Assembly: GCA_965243025.1 (NCBI GenBank)
Contig: CBDETY010000003.1
Location: forward strand, 6,432,001 to 6,496,000
Length of the DNA stretch: 64,000 nucleotides
From: Candidatus Latescibacterota bacterium
Lineage (GTDB): Bacteria; Latescibacterota; UBA2968; UBA8231
Reading direction: 5' to 3'
This document shows, one piece after another, positions 19,111 to 27,083 of this stretch. The notes beneath the pieces are model-generated. The model was not told where the DNA came from. It did not search any database and was given only the letters and a program-made list of their open reading frames with translations. Position numbers and translations under genes: made by a program. The first letter of the stretch is position 1; each line of letters begins with the position of its first letter.

Positions 19111-20047
19111 CGGCGGCCCGGTCTACGTCGCGGAAACTCGATTTGATGTAGGCCCACGAACTGTTCTCGACCAAGGTTCCCGAGGCCCCACTGCAGTCCT
19201 CTACGAAACAGGGGATCAACTCCGCATCCCCGAACGCGTCGGCTTGAACGACAACGAGCTCCCACTCCGTAAGGAAGTAATGAGCTGCGGGAGGCTCCTC
19301 ATCCATGTCTTGGATCCAAAGCTGGAACCCTATGACCTTGCCGCCGAAGAGCTCGCTTCGTTCGCTCGATTCCGGACCCTCCCAGCTGAGACGGTCCCAG
19401 GCAGTAAGAGCGACCTCCACGCCGGATATGTGAGGAGACTCACCGCCTGCGAACCCGCCGCTTTCCCCCCACGGACTCTCCGTTGCCCATTCCCGATCAA
19501 AACCGTCTACCGTAAAGATTTCACCATCCGGCGAGGTAGGAATTGCGGAGTACAATTGCGCTTGGGAAGCGGTGTTCAATCTCTGTTCCTCTTCATCCAG
19601 TTCAGCGAAATAATTGAAAATCCCGCCGCTATGATCTCCGTCAATTCCGATCAATACTTCATCTCCAGCTCCGGTGGCAACGTATTCTACCCCACGAACT
19701 GTATAGGTAAATTCGTCGATGTACTCGTCATCCACTCTTCCGAGGGCAACCAGAATACGTTGGCTGCGGTAGTGCCACGCGAGAAAAACCCGGAACGTGA
19801 AATCCTTCGGATCGATCTCCGCGGGAAATGACAGCTTTCCTCCACTCAGTGAGTGAAAATCGGTCATGAGCAGCGACTCGGGGACAACGTCAAGCCAGTC
19901 GCTGATGGTGCCGTCGTCAAAACTCGGCAGAGCGGAGGTGGGAATCTCCATTATCCCGAACACCCTGTCGCCGGTGTGCGCAAAAGTGTCCTGGCAGCTG
20001 CCGGCCGCAACGAGCCCGAAAACGATTACTGCGAGCAAGGTCCTCAA
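19091..20047 (-). CDS. Exported hypothetical protein (CBM9/DOMON-like sugar-binding fold suspected)
   Basis: Signal peptide; DGTISDW, IDGDHSGG, VIGFQLWIQDMD; C-terminal VENSSWAYIKSSF; TTG start after AGGAGG. Confidence 0.65.
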   Translation of the reverse strand: MRTLLAVIVFGLVAAGSCQDTFAHTGDRVFGIMEIPTSALPSFDDGTISDWLDVVPESLLMTDFHSLSGGKLSFPAEIDPKDFTFRVFLAWHYRSQRILVALGRVDDEYIDEFTYTVRGVEYVATGAGDEVLIGIDGDHSGGIFNYFAELDEEEQRLNTASQAQLYSAIPTSPDGEIFTVDGFDREWATESPWGESGGFAGGESPHISGVEVALTAWDRLSWEGPESSERSELFGGKVIGFQLWIQDMDEEPPAAHYFLTEWELVVVQADAFGDAELIPCFVEDCSGASGTLVENSSWAYIKSSFRDVDRAAVNRRAP

Positions 20048-20085
20048 GCTTCACCTCCTTGGTGTTCCCTTACAAATTGGGCGAG

Positions 20086-21537
20086 CTAAAGCTCGGGAAA
20101 GACGTTGCATCCATCCGGAGCCGTCCAGAGATCGGGCACCCGCTCCGAGGAGATGCGTGCATTCCTGCCGAATTCCTCGAGCACCCGATAGTCGTTCCGA
20201 GTGGTTTCGAGCGTTCGGAGAACCGTCTCACCGGACCAACCGGCCCTGACTTCCGCGAGCAGTTCATCCCGGATGCCTGAACAAGCGGTGTCATCCGCGA
20301 GGTCGTTCCACTCACCGGGATCGTTGTCGAGATCGAACAGCTGCGGTCGGTCATACCCGTGATAGCAGTTCAGTTTCCACTGCCCGCGGCGGATCATCCT
20401 GGCGGGGGCATCCCCCCGGACTCCGCCCAGCTCCGCGAACGCCGTGTCGGGCCAGTCGGGAACCTTTCCATCGCCGGCAAGGAATCCTTTCAGACTGCGA
20501 CCGCGTGCCCCGGACATCGGTTCCCCCCCTGCGAGGTCGACGAGCGTCGGCCCGAGATCTTGAAGGCTGGTGACCTCGGAGATCGTCCGGCCCTCGGCAA
20601 ACTGTCCGGGGGAGGAGAAGATGAGTGGAACGCCGACGGAGTCCTGGTAGAAACTGGACTTCCACCACATCCGGTGCACCCCTGCCATTTCACCGTGGTC
20701 GGACGTGTAGACGATCAGTGTGTTTTCCCCGAAGCGGGTATCCCTCAGGGTCGACAGGATCTTTCCGATCTGTTCATCCATGAATGTTACCAGACCGTAG
20801 TACGCGGCGCGTGCAGTTCGCACCTGCTCGTCCGTCAGTTCATCGACCTGCCGGTTTTGCCGCCACGCTTTCAGGAACGGGTGCAGCGAACCTCGGTACC
20901 CTTCGGGAAGTTGCGGCACGTCGATCTTCTCGAAGTACTCGTCGAAAAGCGGTTTCGGCGCGATGAAAGGACAGTGCGGAAGGATTAATCCAACTGTCAT
21001 GAAGAAGGGGCGGTCCCCCGGGTTCACGTCCGACGATTCGAGGAACCGGCAGCAGGCCTGCGTTACATCTTCGTCGTAGCGGCCGTAGGCGGTGCGCCCC
21101 GGACCTGCGACCTTGACCCCGGCCGCGGTCTGGCCGGCGGTGGAGATGGGGATGGGTTCCAGTTGCGGGCTGCTGATATCCCCGATGATCCGTCGTTCGA
21201 AACCGTGCCGCTGGTCGGGGCCGTTGAAGTGCATACGGCCGCACAGAATGGTTTCGTATCCGGCGTTGACGAGGTGATGGACGAAGGTGGGTATGTCGGA
21301 CTGGAGGCGGCAGGCATTGGTCCAGACACGGATATCCGAGCTGTGGCGGCTCGTCAGGAACGTCATCCGCGAAGGAACGCAGAGGGGATTGGCACAGTGA
21401 TTGGCGGCAAAGCGAACCCCGCTGGCGGCAAGATGGTCGAGCGTCGGGGTCCGCACCACGTCGTCCCCGGCACACCCGAGGACGTTCGGGCTGTGCTGAT
21501 CCGACATGATCAGCAGTATGTTCGGACGGTTTGTCAT
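20086..21537 (-). CDS. Sulfatase (choline-sulfatase-like)
   Basis: PNILLIMSDQH, CVPSRMTFLT, GRMHF, TSDHGEM. Confidence 0.92.
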   Translation of the reverse strand: MTNRPNILLIMSDQHSPNVLGCAGDDVVRTPTLDHLAASGVRFAANHCANPLCVPSRMTFLTSRHSSDIRVWTNACRLQSDIPTFVHHLVNAGYETILCGRMHFNGPDQRHGFERRIIGDISSPQLEPIPISTAGQTAAGVKVAGPGRTAYGRYDEDVTQACCRFLESSDVNPGDRPFFMTVGLILPHCPFIAPKPLFDEYFEKIDVPQLPEGYRGSLHPFLKAWRQNRQVDELTDEQVRTARAAYYGLVTFMDEQIGKILSTLRDTRFGENTLIVYTSDHGEMAGVHRMWWKSSFYQDSVGVPLIFSSPGQFAEGRTISEVTSLQDLGPTLVDLAGGEPMSGARGRSLKGFLAGDGKVPDWPDTAFAELGGVRGDAPARMIRRGQWKLNCYHGYDRPQLFDLDNDPGEWNDLADDTACSGIRDELLAEVRAGWSGETVLRTLETTRNDYRVLEEFGRNARISSERVPDLWTAPDGCNVFPEL

Positions 21538-21564
21538 CGCTGCCGCGATCCACACATCGTTCGT
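21538..21564 (-). pseudogene. Remnant of a vapC (PIN) toxin gene
   Basis: Reads TNDVWIAAA directly after the antitoxin stop, matching the VapC motif PTND(I/V)WIAA. Confidence 0.55.
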
Positions 21565-21810
21565 TCACCGCCAGTACCGTTCATCGACGACTCGCTGCGC
21601 ATGCAGCGCATCGGTAAACTCCGAGAGGTCGTCGGCCGTCCACGTGACGTATCGGCGCAGGCGGTCGCGGCGCGCATCCAGCCCGACCGCGTCTTTCAGG
21701 AGGCGCAGCACGGTGCTGTTCAGGCTCTCACCGCGTTCGGCGCTGACAGCGCGAAGCCGCCGCGAGAGTTCGGGATCGACATTGCGCAGGGTAATCTGAG
21801 TAGCAGGCAT
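21565..21810 (-). CDS. FitA-like ribbon-helix-helix antitoxin
   Basis: QITLRNVDPELSRRL...SLNSTVLRLL; C-terminal VDERYWR. Confidence 0.75.
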   Translation of the reverse strand: MPATQITLRNVDPELSRRLRAVSAERGESLNSTVLRLLKDAVGLDARRDRLRRYVTWTADDLSEFTDALHAQRVVDERYWR

Positions 21811-21836
21811 GACATCGAATCTACTGTCATGCCTGC
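21803..21836 (-). promoter_or_regulatory. Inverted-repeat operator overlapping the antitoxin start and a putative -10
   Basis: Perfect 12-bp inverted repeat gcaggcatgaca-N10-tgtcatgcctgc; the spacer reads TAGATT on the minus strand. Confidence 0.7.
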
Positions 21837-22178
21837 ACGCGTCCATTCCGACCCGCGGCGCGGGACCAGCGCGGCGCGCTTCTCGATCAAATGCAACGGC
21901 GAAAAGAACCGGGTTCGTGGTTCGGTCGGAACGCCGGGTCTGAATGCTTATTATTCAGCGGCACGGTGTTCGTGATGTGCGAACACCGAGACCCTGCCAT
22001 CGCCGAACCGGGCAGCTGTTGCCGAGGTCGACGAAAGCTATTTGGTGACATTGAGCTCTACCCCGGGACTCGCCCTTTTTCCGCGCCCCCATTCGGCGGC
22101 CAATTCCTCAGGAGCAGTCATCTCTTTCATAACCGAAATGGTTTTTCTCCCGGGCACCGGGCACGTGAGTCGCCTCGG

Positions 22179-23207
22179 ATGAAGACTCTTCCCCGCCGCT
22201 TCCTCGTGTTTTCGCTGCTTCTGCCGGTTGCCATGCTCGCCTGCGGTGACGGCGGCAAGGACAGGGTCACCGACAGCGGCGGGCAGTCTCTCCCGGAGCA
22301 ACTGACCATAAAAGAGGTACTGTACCAGAAAGACGGATCGGCGGTCGTCGTTCTGCTGCGGCCGGACGGCCGCGTGGTGCAGCTTCCGATCGCCGAATGC
22401 GCCAGCGATGTCGTTTACGACAAGATCCACGACATCCCCTTTCCCCGACCCCTGACACACGATCTTTTCAAGGAAGTCGCCGATGAGCTCGGACTCGCCG
22501 TCCCGCGGGTCACGATCGACGTGGTCGGAGATTCGGCCGTCGCCCACGTCTCGGTGGCGCGCGGGAGCACCGTCGTCGACCTGGAGGCCTCCCCCGGGGA
22601 CGCGTTGGCGGTCGCACAACTGACTTTCGCCGATATCGTGGGAACGGCGGCTCTGCTCGAGCAACTGACGGTGGGACTGGAGGACGGGTCGGAATCGACT
22701 GCCCCCGCGGAAAAAACGGCCCTCGGCGGGCAGCCGGCGCCTGCGGCGCGGCAGTCCCAGTGGCAACCGGTAGCGCTGAGTTTCCTGGCCTTCTCCCGGA
22801 ATCCGGCCCGGGGCGGTGTGGGGCTGTTGTTCATCGACGCGGATTCGACCTCCGTCTTCACCATGATTGTCGGCTTCTGCCAGGGCATGGCATTCTACCA
22901 GGCTTTGCAGAATGTGCAGCTCGGCCCCTTTCCCGCTCACCGGCTTCTCTACAATCTCGTGGAAGCGGGGAACGGGACCATCACGCACGCCGGGGTGATC
23001 GCCATTGAGGACCATACATTCATTGGGGAGCTGGGGATCCGCGGTGACGGCGGGGATGCCGCGATCGACGCGCGGCCGAGCGACGCGGTCACGCTGGCCA
23101 CCCTGGCGGGAGCGCCGGTCCTGATCGACGCGGACCTCCTGGCAGAGCACCGGGAAGACGCAGCTCCTTACCTGCGACAACTGGAGGATCAGGGCGGCGG
23201 CGGGTAA
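22179..23207 (+). CDS. Lipoprotein with two bifunctional-nuclease (DUF151) domains
   Basis: Lipobox MLAC; domain 1 PRPLTHDL...ASPGDALAVA; domain 2 ...IDARPSDAVTLA. Confidence 0.78.
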   Translation: MKTLPRRFLVFSLLLPVAMLACGDGGKDRVTDSGGQSLPEQLTIKEVLYQKDGSAVVVLLRPDGRVVQLPIAECASDVVYDKIHDIPFPRPLTHDLFKEVADELGLAVPRVTIDVVGDSAVAHVSVARGSTVVDLEASPGDALAVAQLTFADIVGTAALLEQLTVGLEDGSESTAPAEKTALGGQPAPAARQSQWQPVALSFLAFSRNPARGGVGLLFIDADSTSVFTMIVGFCQGMAFYQALQNVQLGPFPAHRLLYNLVEAGNGTITHAGVIAIEDHTFIGELGIRGDGGDAAIDARPSDAVTLATLAGAPVLIDADLLAEHREDAAPYLRQLEDQGGGG

Positions 23208-23270
23208 CGGCCGCCAGCCCCGGCAGATCACCGGCTGTTATCGGCGGCTCCGAGGGGACCGGGTTATTCC

Positions 23271-24059
23271 ATGTTGACAGATCGGCAAATCAGCCATTTC
23301 CAGGCGTTCGGCCTGTTGATCCTTCGCGGCGCTTTCTCCAGGGCCGAAACCGGGGAGCTCATCGATGAGACGGAGAGGTTGTACCGCCGCATCCTCGGGC
23401 GCGAACCGCGGGAGGACGAGGTGATCTGGGAACCCGAGTTCGTCGAACGCAGCGAGCAGTTGACGGGGCTGATCGATGACGAGCGCATCCACGAGGCTGC
23501 CCGCGACCTGATCGGAGACCGCTTTCTGTGGGTCGGTTCGGAAGGCATGCGGGGGGTGGACCGGAACGGACCGGTCCATCACTGGCATACCGACGGGGAC
23601 GAATCCCGGGTGAAGCTGACCTCCCGGCGTCTGAAGATCATGCTCTACCTCGACCCGCTGACCCGGGACAATGGTGCAATTCGCGTTATTCCGGGGTCGC
23701 ACCGGCCGCCCCTGTTCGACACCCTGCTGCCTTTCCAGAAGGAGCATACGAGGGAAAGCCCCCGCTTTTTCGGGCTGCAGGGCCAGGACATACCCGGGTG
23801 CGCGGTGGAGACGGCTCCAGGCGACATCGTGATCCTGAACCCCTGGATATTTCACTCCGTGTACGGCAAGGTGGGGAGGCGGAGAACCATCGTCCTGAAG
23901 TTGGCCGGGCGGCCCCGGACCGCCGGCGAACTGGCAGAGCTGGGAAAGTCTCCGGGCATCTTCCGCCCTCATCGAGCCCTGCTGGAAAGCAGGAACCCCC
24001 GGATCAGGGGGATGTTCGATGACCTGGCCGCGCTCGAAAAGAAGGTGGCCGCGGTATGA
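23271..24059 (+). CDS. PhyH family dioxygenase
   Basis: HFQAFG, WHTDG, GAIRVIPGSH, PGDIV, IFHS. Confidence 0.88.
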   Translation: MLTDRQISHFQAFGLLILRGAFSRAETGELIDETERLYRRILGREPREDEVIWEPEFVERSEQLTGLIDDERIHEAARDLIGDRFLWVGSEGMRGVDRNGPVHHWHTDGDESRVKLTSRRLKIMLYLDPLTRDNGAIRVIPGSHRPPLFDTLLPFQKEHTRESPRFFGLQGQDIPGCAVETAPGDIVILNPWIFHSVYGKVGRRRTIVLKLAGRPRTAGELAELGKSPGIFRPHRALLESRNPRIRGMFDDLAALEKKVAAV

Positions 24060-24105
24060 CCGCCTCAACCGGCATGCACCGCAGCTCTCAAGAGAGGAGG
24101 ATACT

Positions 24106-25149
24106 GTGAAAGGGGTGATATTCACGGGAGACCGGAAAGCCGAAATCAGGGAGTTTCCCACCCCGGAACCCGGCCCCGGAGAGGTGCGGGTGCGCATGAA
24201 GACCTCCTCGATCTGCGGCACGGACATGCACTTCTACCGCAAGAGCTGGGAAGACCTGGTGGCCTTCCGGGAGGTGCTGGGGGGATCCCCGGACACGATC
24301 ACGGGGCATGAGCCCTGCGGCGTCGTCGAGGAGACCGGAGCGGGCGTGAGGTCGTTCCGGCCCGGCGACCGGGTCTCGGTCTATCCGCACATCGGCTGCG
24401 GCACCTGCCGCTACTGCCGTCTGGGGGACGTCATGTTCTGCCCCGACCGCGGCAGCTACGGAACGAAGTACGACGGTTCGGCGGCGGACTGCGTGATCGC
24501 TCCGGAGCGCAACTGCCTCTCCCTGTCCGATGCCATCGATTTCGAGAAGGCCGCGGTGCTCGCCTGTGTCGGGAGCACGGCCTACCAGTCGATCGAGAGG
24601 GTGGATGCCTCCGGAGAGGACACCATGGGGATCTTCGGCCTCGGCCCGGTCGGCCTCTGCGCGGTGGCGTTCGCCGCGGCGCGCGGCGCGCGCGTGATCG
24701 GGGTCGACCTCGTCCCCGAGCGTCTCGAGCTGGCGCAGCAGTTGGGGGCGTGGCAGGTCATCGACGCTTCAGGGGGAGATCCGGCCGAGACGGCGCTGGA
24801 TCTCACCGACGGCAAGGGGATCAGCGCCGGCGCCGACTACTCCGGCCACCACCGGGCGCAGGAGGCGATGATGGCGTGCGCCGGGAAATACGCCCGCCTG
24901 GCGATCGTCGGGGTGGGTGAGAAGTTTCAGGTGGACACCTTCCAGGGCATGATCATGAAGCAGATGACGTTGACCGGTTCGTGGCTCTACAACATCGGCC
25001 TGTACGAGGAGGTGGTCGATTTCGTGCTGGAAAAGGAGCTGCCCCTCGAACGGCTCGTCACCCACCGGTTTCGCCTCGACCAGGCGATCGAGGCTTTCGA
25101 GCTGTTCGACAGCGGCAGGTGCGGAAAGGTTCTCTTCACATGGGACTGA
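24106..25149 (+). CDS. Zinc-dependent alcohol dehydrogenase (MDR family)
   Basis: ICGTD, GHEPCG, CGTCRYC..C structural Zn site, GLGPVG; GTG start after GAGGAGG. Confidence 0.93.
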   Translation: MKGVIFTGDRKAEIREFPTPEPGPGEVRVRMKTSSICGTDMHFYRKSWEDLVAFREVLGGSPDTITGHEPCGVVEETGAGVRSFRPGDRVSVYPHIGCGTCRYCRLGDVMFCPDRGSYGTKYDGSAADCVIAPERNCLSLSDAIDFEKAAVLACVGSTAYQSIERVDASGEDTMGIFGLGPVGLCAVAFAAARGARVIGVDLVPERLELAQQLGAWQVIDASGGDPAETALDLTDGKGISAGADYSGHHRAQEAMMACAGKYARLAIVGVGEKFQVDTFQGMIMKQMTLTGSWLYNIGLYEEVVDFVLEKELPLERLVTHRFRLDQAIEAFELFDSGRCGKVLFTWD

Positions 25150-25219
25150 CCTTCCCGCGCGGACGCGACCGCGAACGGAGCCGGATGGCTCCCGGATTTT
25201 CAACTATGGAGTTCAGAAC

Positions 25220-26194
25220 TTGAAAAAACCAGAAACTGACGGCCCCTGGCCGGACATGCTGCTGTCGCCGGCCCAACTGGAGGAGTTCAAGGCGGAGGGG
25301 ACGCTCCTGATTCCGGGATTGGTGCCTCCCGACGTGCTCGAGGGGTGGCGGGACCAGATACGCGCCGCCTGCTCGAAGGACGGGGTCGACATCGACGACC
25401 CCGGCACCTGGCCTTCCGGGCGCTACGCACCCGAGGGGGGCTGGCCCGGGTTCAGCCCCTGCCTGTACGACCTGCCGAACCTGCAGTCCGTGGTGGAGCA
25501 GATCGGCGGCGGGGCTTTCGCCCCTTCACACCCGGCGGGTGAGCCGTGGTCTCCGCAGATTCCAATGACCCGGGTGATCCTTCCGAGCCCTCCCGGCACC
25601 GAGTGGGAACCTCCTGCCGACGGTCACCTCGATGGCTACGCGACCGGCTGGGGCGGTGGGTTCATGGCCTTCCTCGCGGTGCTGCTCTGGGACGTCAGCA
25701 GCCCGAGGGGCGGGGGCACGGCCTGGTGGCCGCGGTCGCACCTGGCGAACCACCGGTATTTCCTGGAGCATCCCGGGCAGTTCGACGGCTCCTACCTCTT
25801 CTCGGAGCCGGTGCGCAGCGGCGGGCACCGGGCAATCCTGGAGGGAGACCCGGATGTGGGCGAGATGGTGTGCATGACGGGGCGGGCCGGCGACGCCATG
25901 CTGATCCACGGCCTCACCACCCACATCGGCTCGCAGAACGCGGCGGGGTCGCGGCAACCGCGGGTGGCGCAGTTCGCGCGCTACTCCCACAGGGAGATGC
26001 GCCAGCAGGCGCCGATGGTCATGTTCCCCGACAAGGACGGCACGCCGTGGTCGCCGCCGGCGCCGGCGGCGTCCGAGGATGACGACAACACCCCGACGGG
26101 ATTTCTGCCGCCGGATCACCCGGGCCGGAAGCTCATCCGGTACGACGTGCCTGAGAACCTCTGGAAATACTGGGGCCCTGCTCTCAACAGCTGA
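25220..26194 (+). CDS. Divergent PhyH-like dioxygenase
   Basis: EFKAEG, HLDG, GGTAWWPRSH, AGDAMLIH..TTH. Confidence 0.72.
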   Translation: MKKPETDGPWPDMLLSPAQLEEFKAEGTLLIPGLVPPDVLEGWRDQIRAACSKDGVDIDDPGTWPSGRYAPEGGWPGFSPCLYDLPNLQSVVEQIGGGAFAPSHPAGEPWSPQIPMTRVILPSPPGTEWEPPADGHLDGYATGWGGGFMAFLAVLLWDVSSPRGGGTAWWPRSHLANHRYFLEHPGQFDGSYLFSEPVRSGGHRAILEGDPDVGEMVCMTGRAGDAMLIHGLTTHIGSQNAAGSRQPRVAQFARYSHREMRQQAPMVMFPDKDGTPWSPPAPAASEDDDNTPTGFLPPDHPGRKLIRYDVPENLWKYWGPALNS

Positions 26195-26254
26195 TTCCCC
26201 CCCGGGGGTTCTACCGCAGTCCCATATGGAATTTGAGGTCCCGGATTTTCAGGC

Positions 26255-26920
26255 ATGACGATTCGGTGTGCCCGGCCGGAATCGGTGATTTTCGATTTCG
26301 ACTTCACTCTGGCCGATTCTTCGACCGGAACCTGTGAATGCGTGAACCATGCGTTTTCCCGCATGAACCTCGAGCCGGTTTCGACAGTGGAGGTTTCCAA
26401 TACTATCGGAATGTCCCTTGAAAAAACCTTTCGGGCGTTGGCACCCGAGACGGAATGGAACCGCGCCCATGAGTTTTCCGCATTGTTCGTGGAACAGGCG
26501 GACCGGGTCATGGCGGAGATGACTTCGGTTTTTCCTTCGGTTCCGCCCGTTCTCGAGGAGTTGTCCGGCCGCGGTCTGTCTCTGGGAATTGTTTCGACGA
26601 AGTTCCGCTACCGTATACAGGGGATTCTGCAGCGCGAAGGGCTGGAGCGTTTCTTTCAGGTGATCGTCGGCGGCGAGGACGTTTCCACTCACAAGCCCGA
26701 CCCTTCCGGATTGCTTGCCGCCGTGCGTGCGCTGGGCGGTTCCTGTTCCGGCAGCCTGTATGTGGGCGACAGCTCGACAGACGCGGAAACAGCGAAAGCG
26801 GCGGGCGTTCCGTTCGTGGCCGTTCTGTCGGGAACGACCCCGAGAGAGGAATTCCGTGATTCAGGTGCGGTGGGTATCCTGGATGATCTGGGAAAATTGC
26901 CGCGAGTGCTTGGGGATTGA
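26255..26920 (+). CDS. HAD family hydrolase (phosphoglycolate phosphatase-like)
   Basis: FDFDFTL, VSTK, KPDP, YVGDS..D. Confidence 0.9.
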   Translation: MTIRCARPESVIFDFDFTLADSSTGTCECVNHAFSRMNLEPVSTVEVSNTIGMSLEKTFRALAPETEWNRAHEFSALFVEQADRVMAEMTSVFPSVPPVLEELSGRGLSLGIVSTKFRYRIQGILQREGLERFFQVIVGGEDVSTHKPDPSGLLAAVRALGGSCSGSLYVGDSSTDAETAKAAGVPFVAVLSGTTPREEFRDSGAVGILDDLGKLPRVLGD

Positions 26921-27083
26921 GTCAAACCGAAGAAAGGCAAACAAGCTCTGGTCGCTTAATGCAGAGACTCGACTTCAGCCGGCCGTGGTACCATGGTTCT
27001 CAGCAACCGCTGACAAGACCTTCGCGGAGTGATCTGTATTCAGTAGCGCCAGACAGGTGGAGGAGACCTCTGCACGCCTGAAC

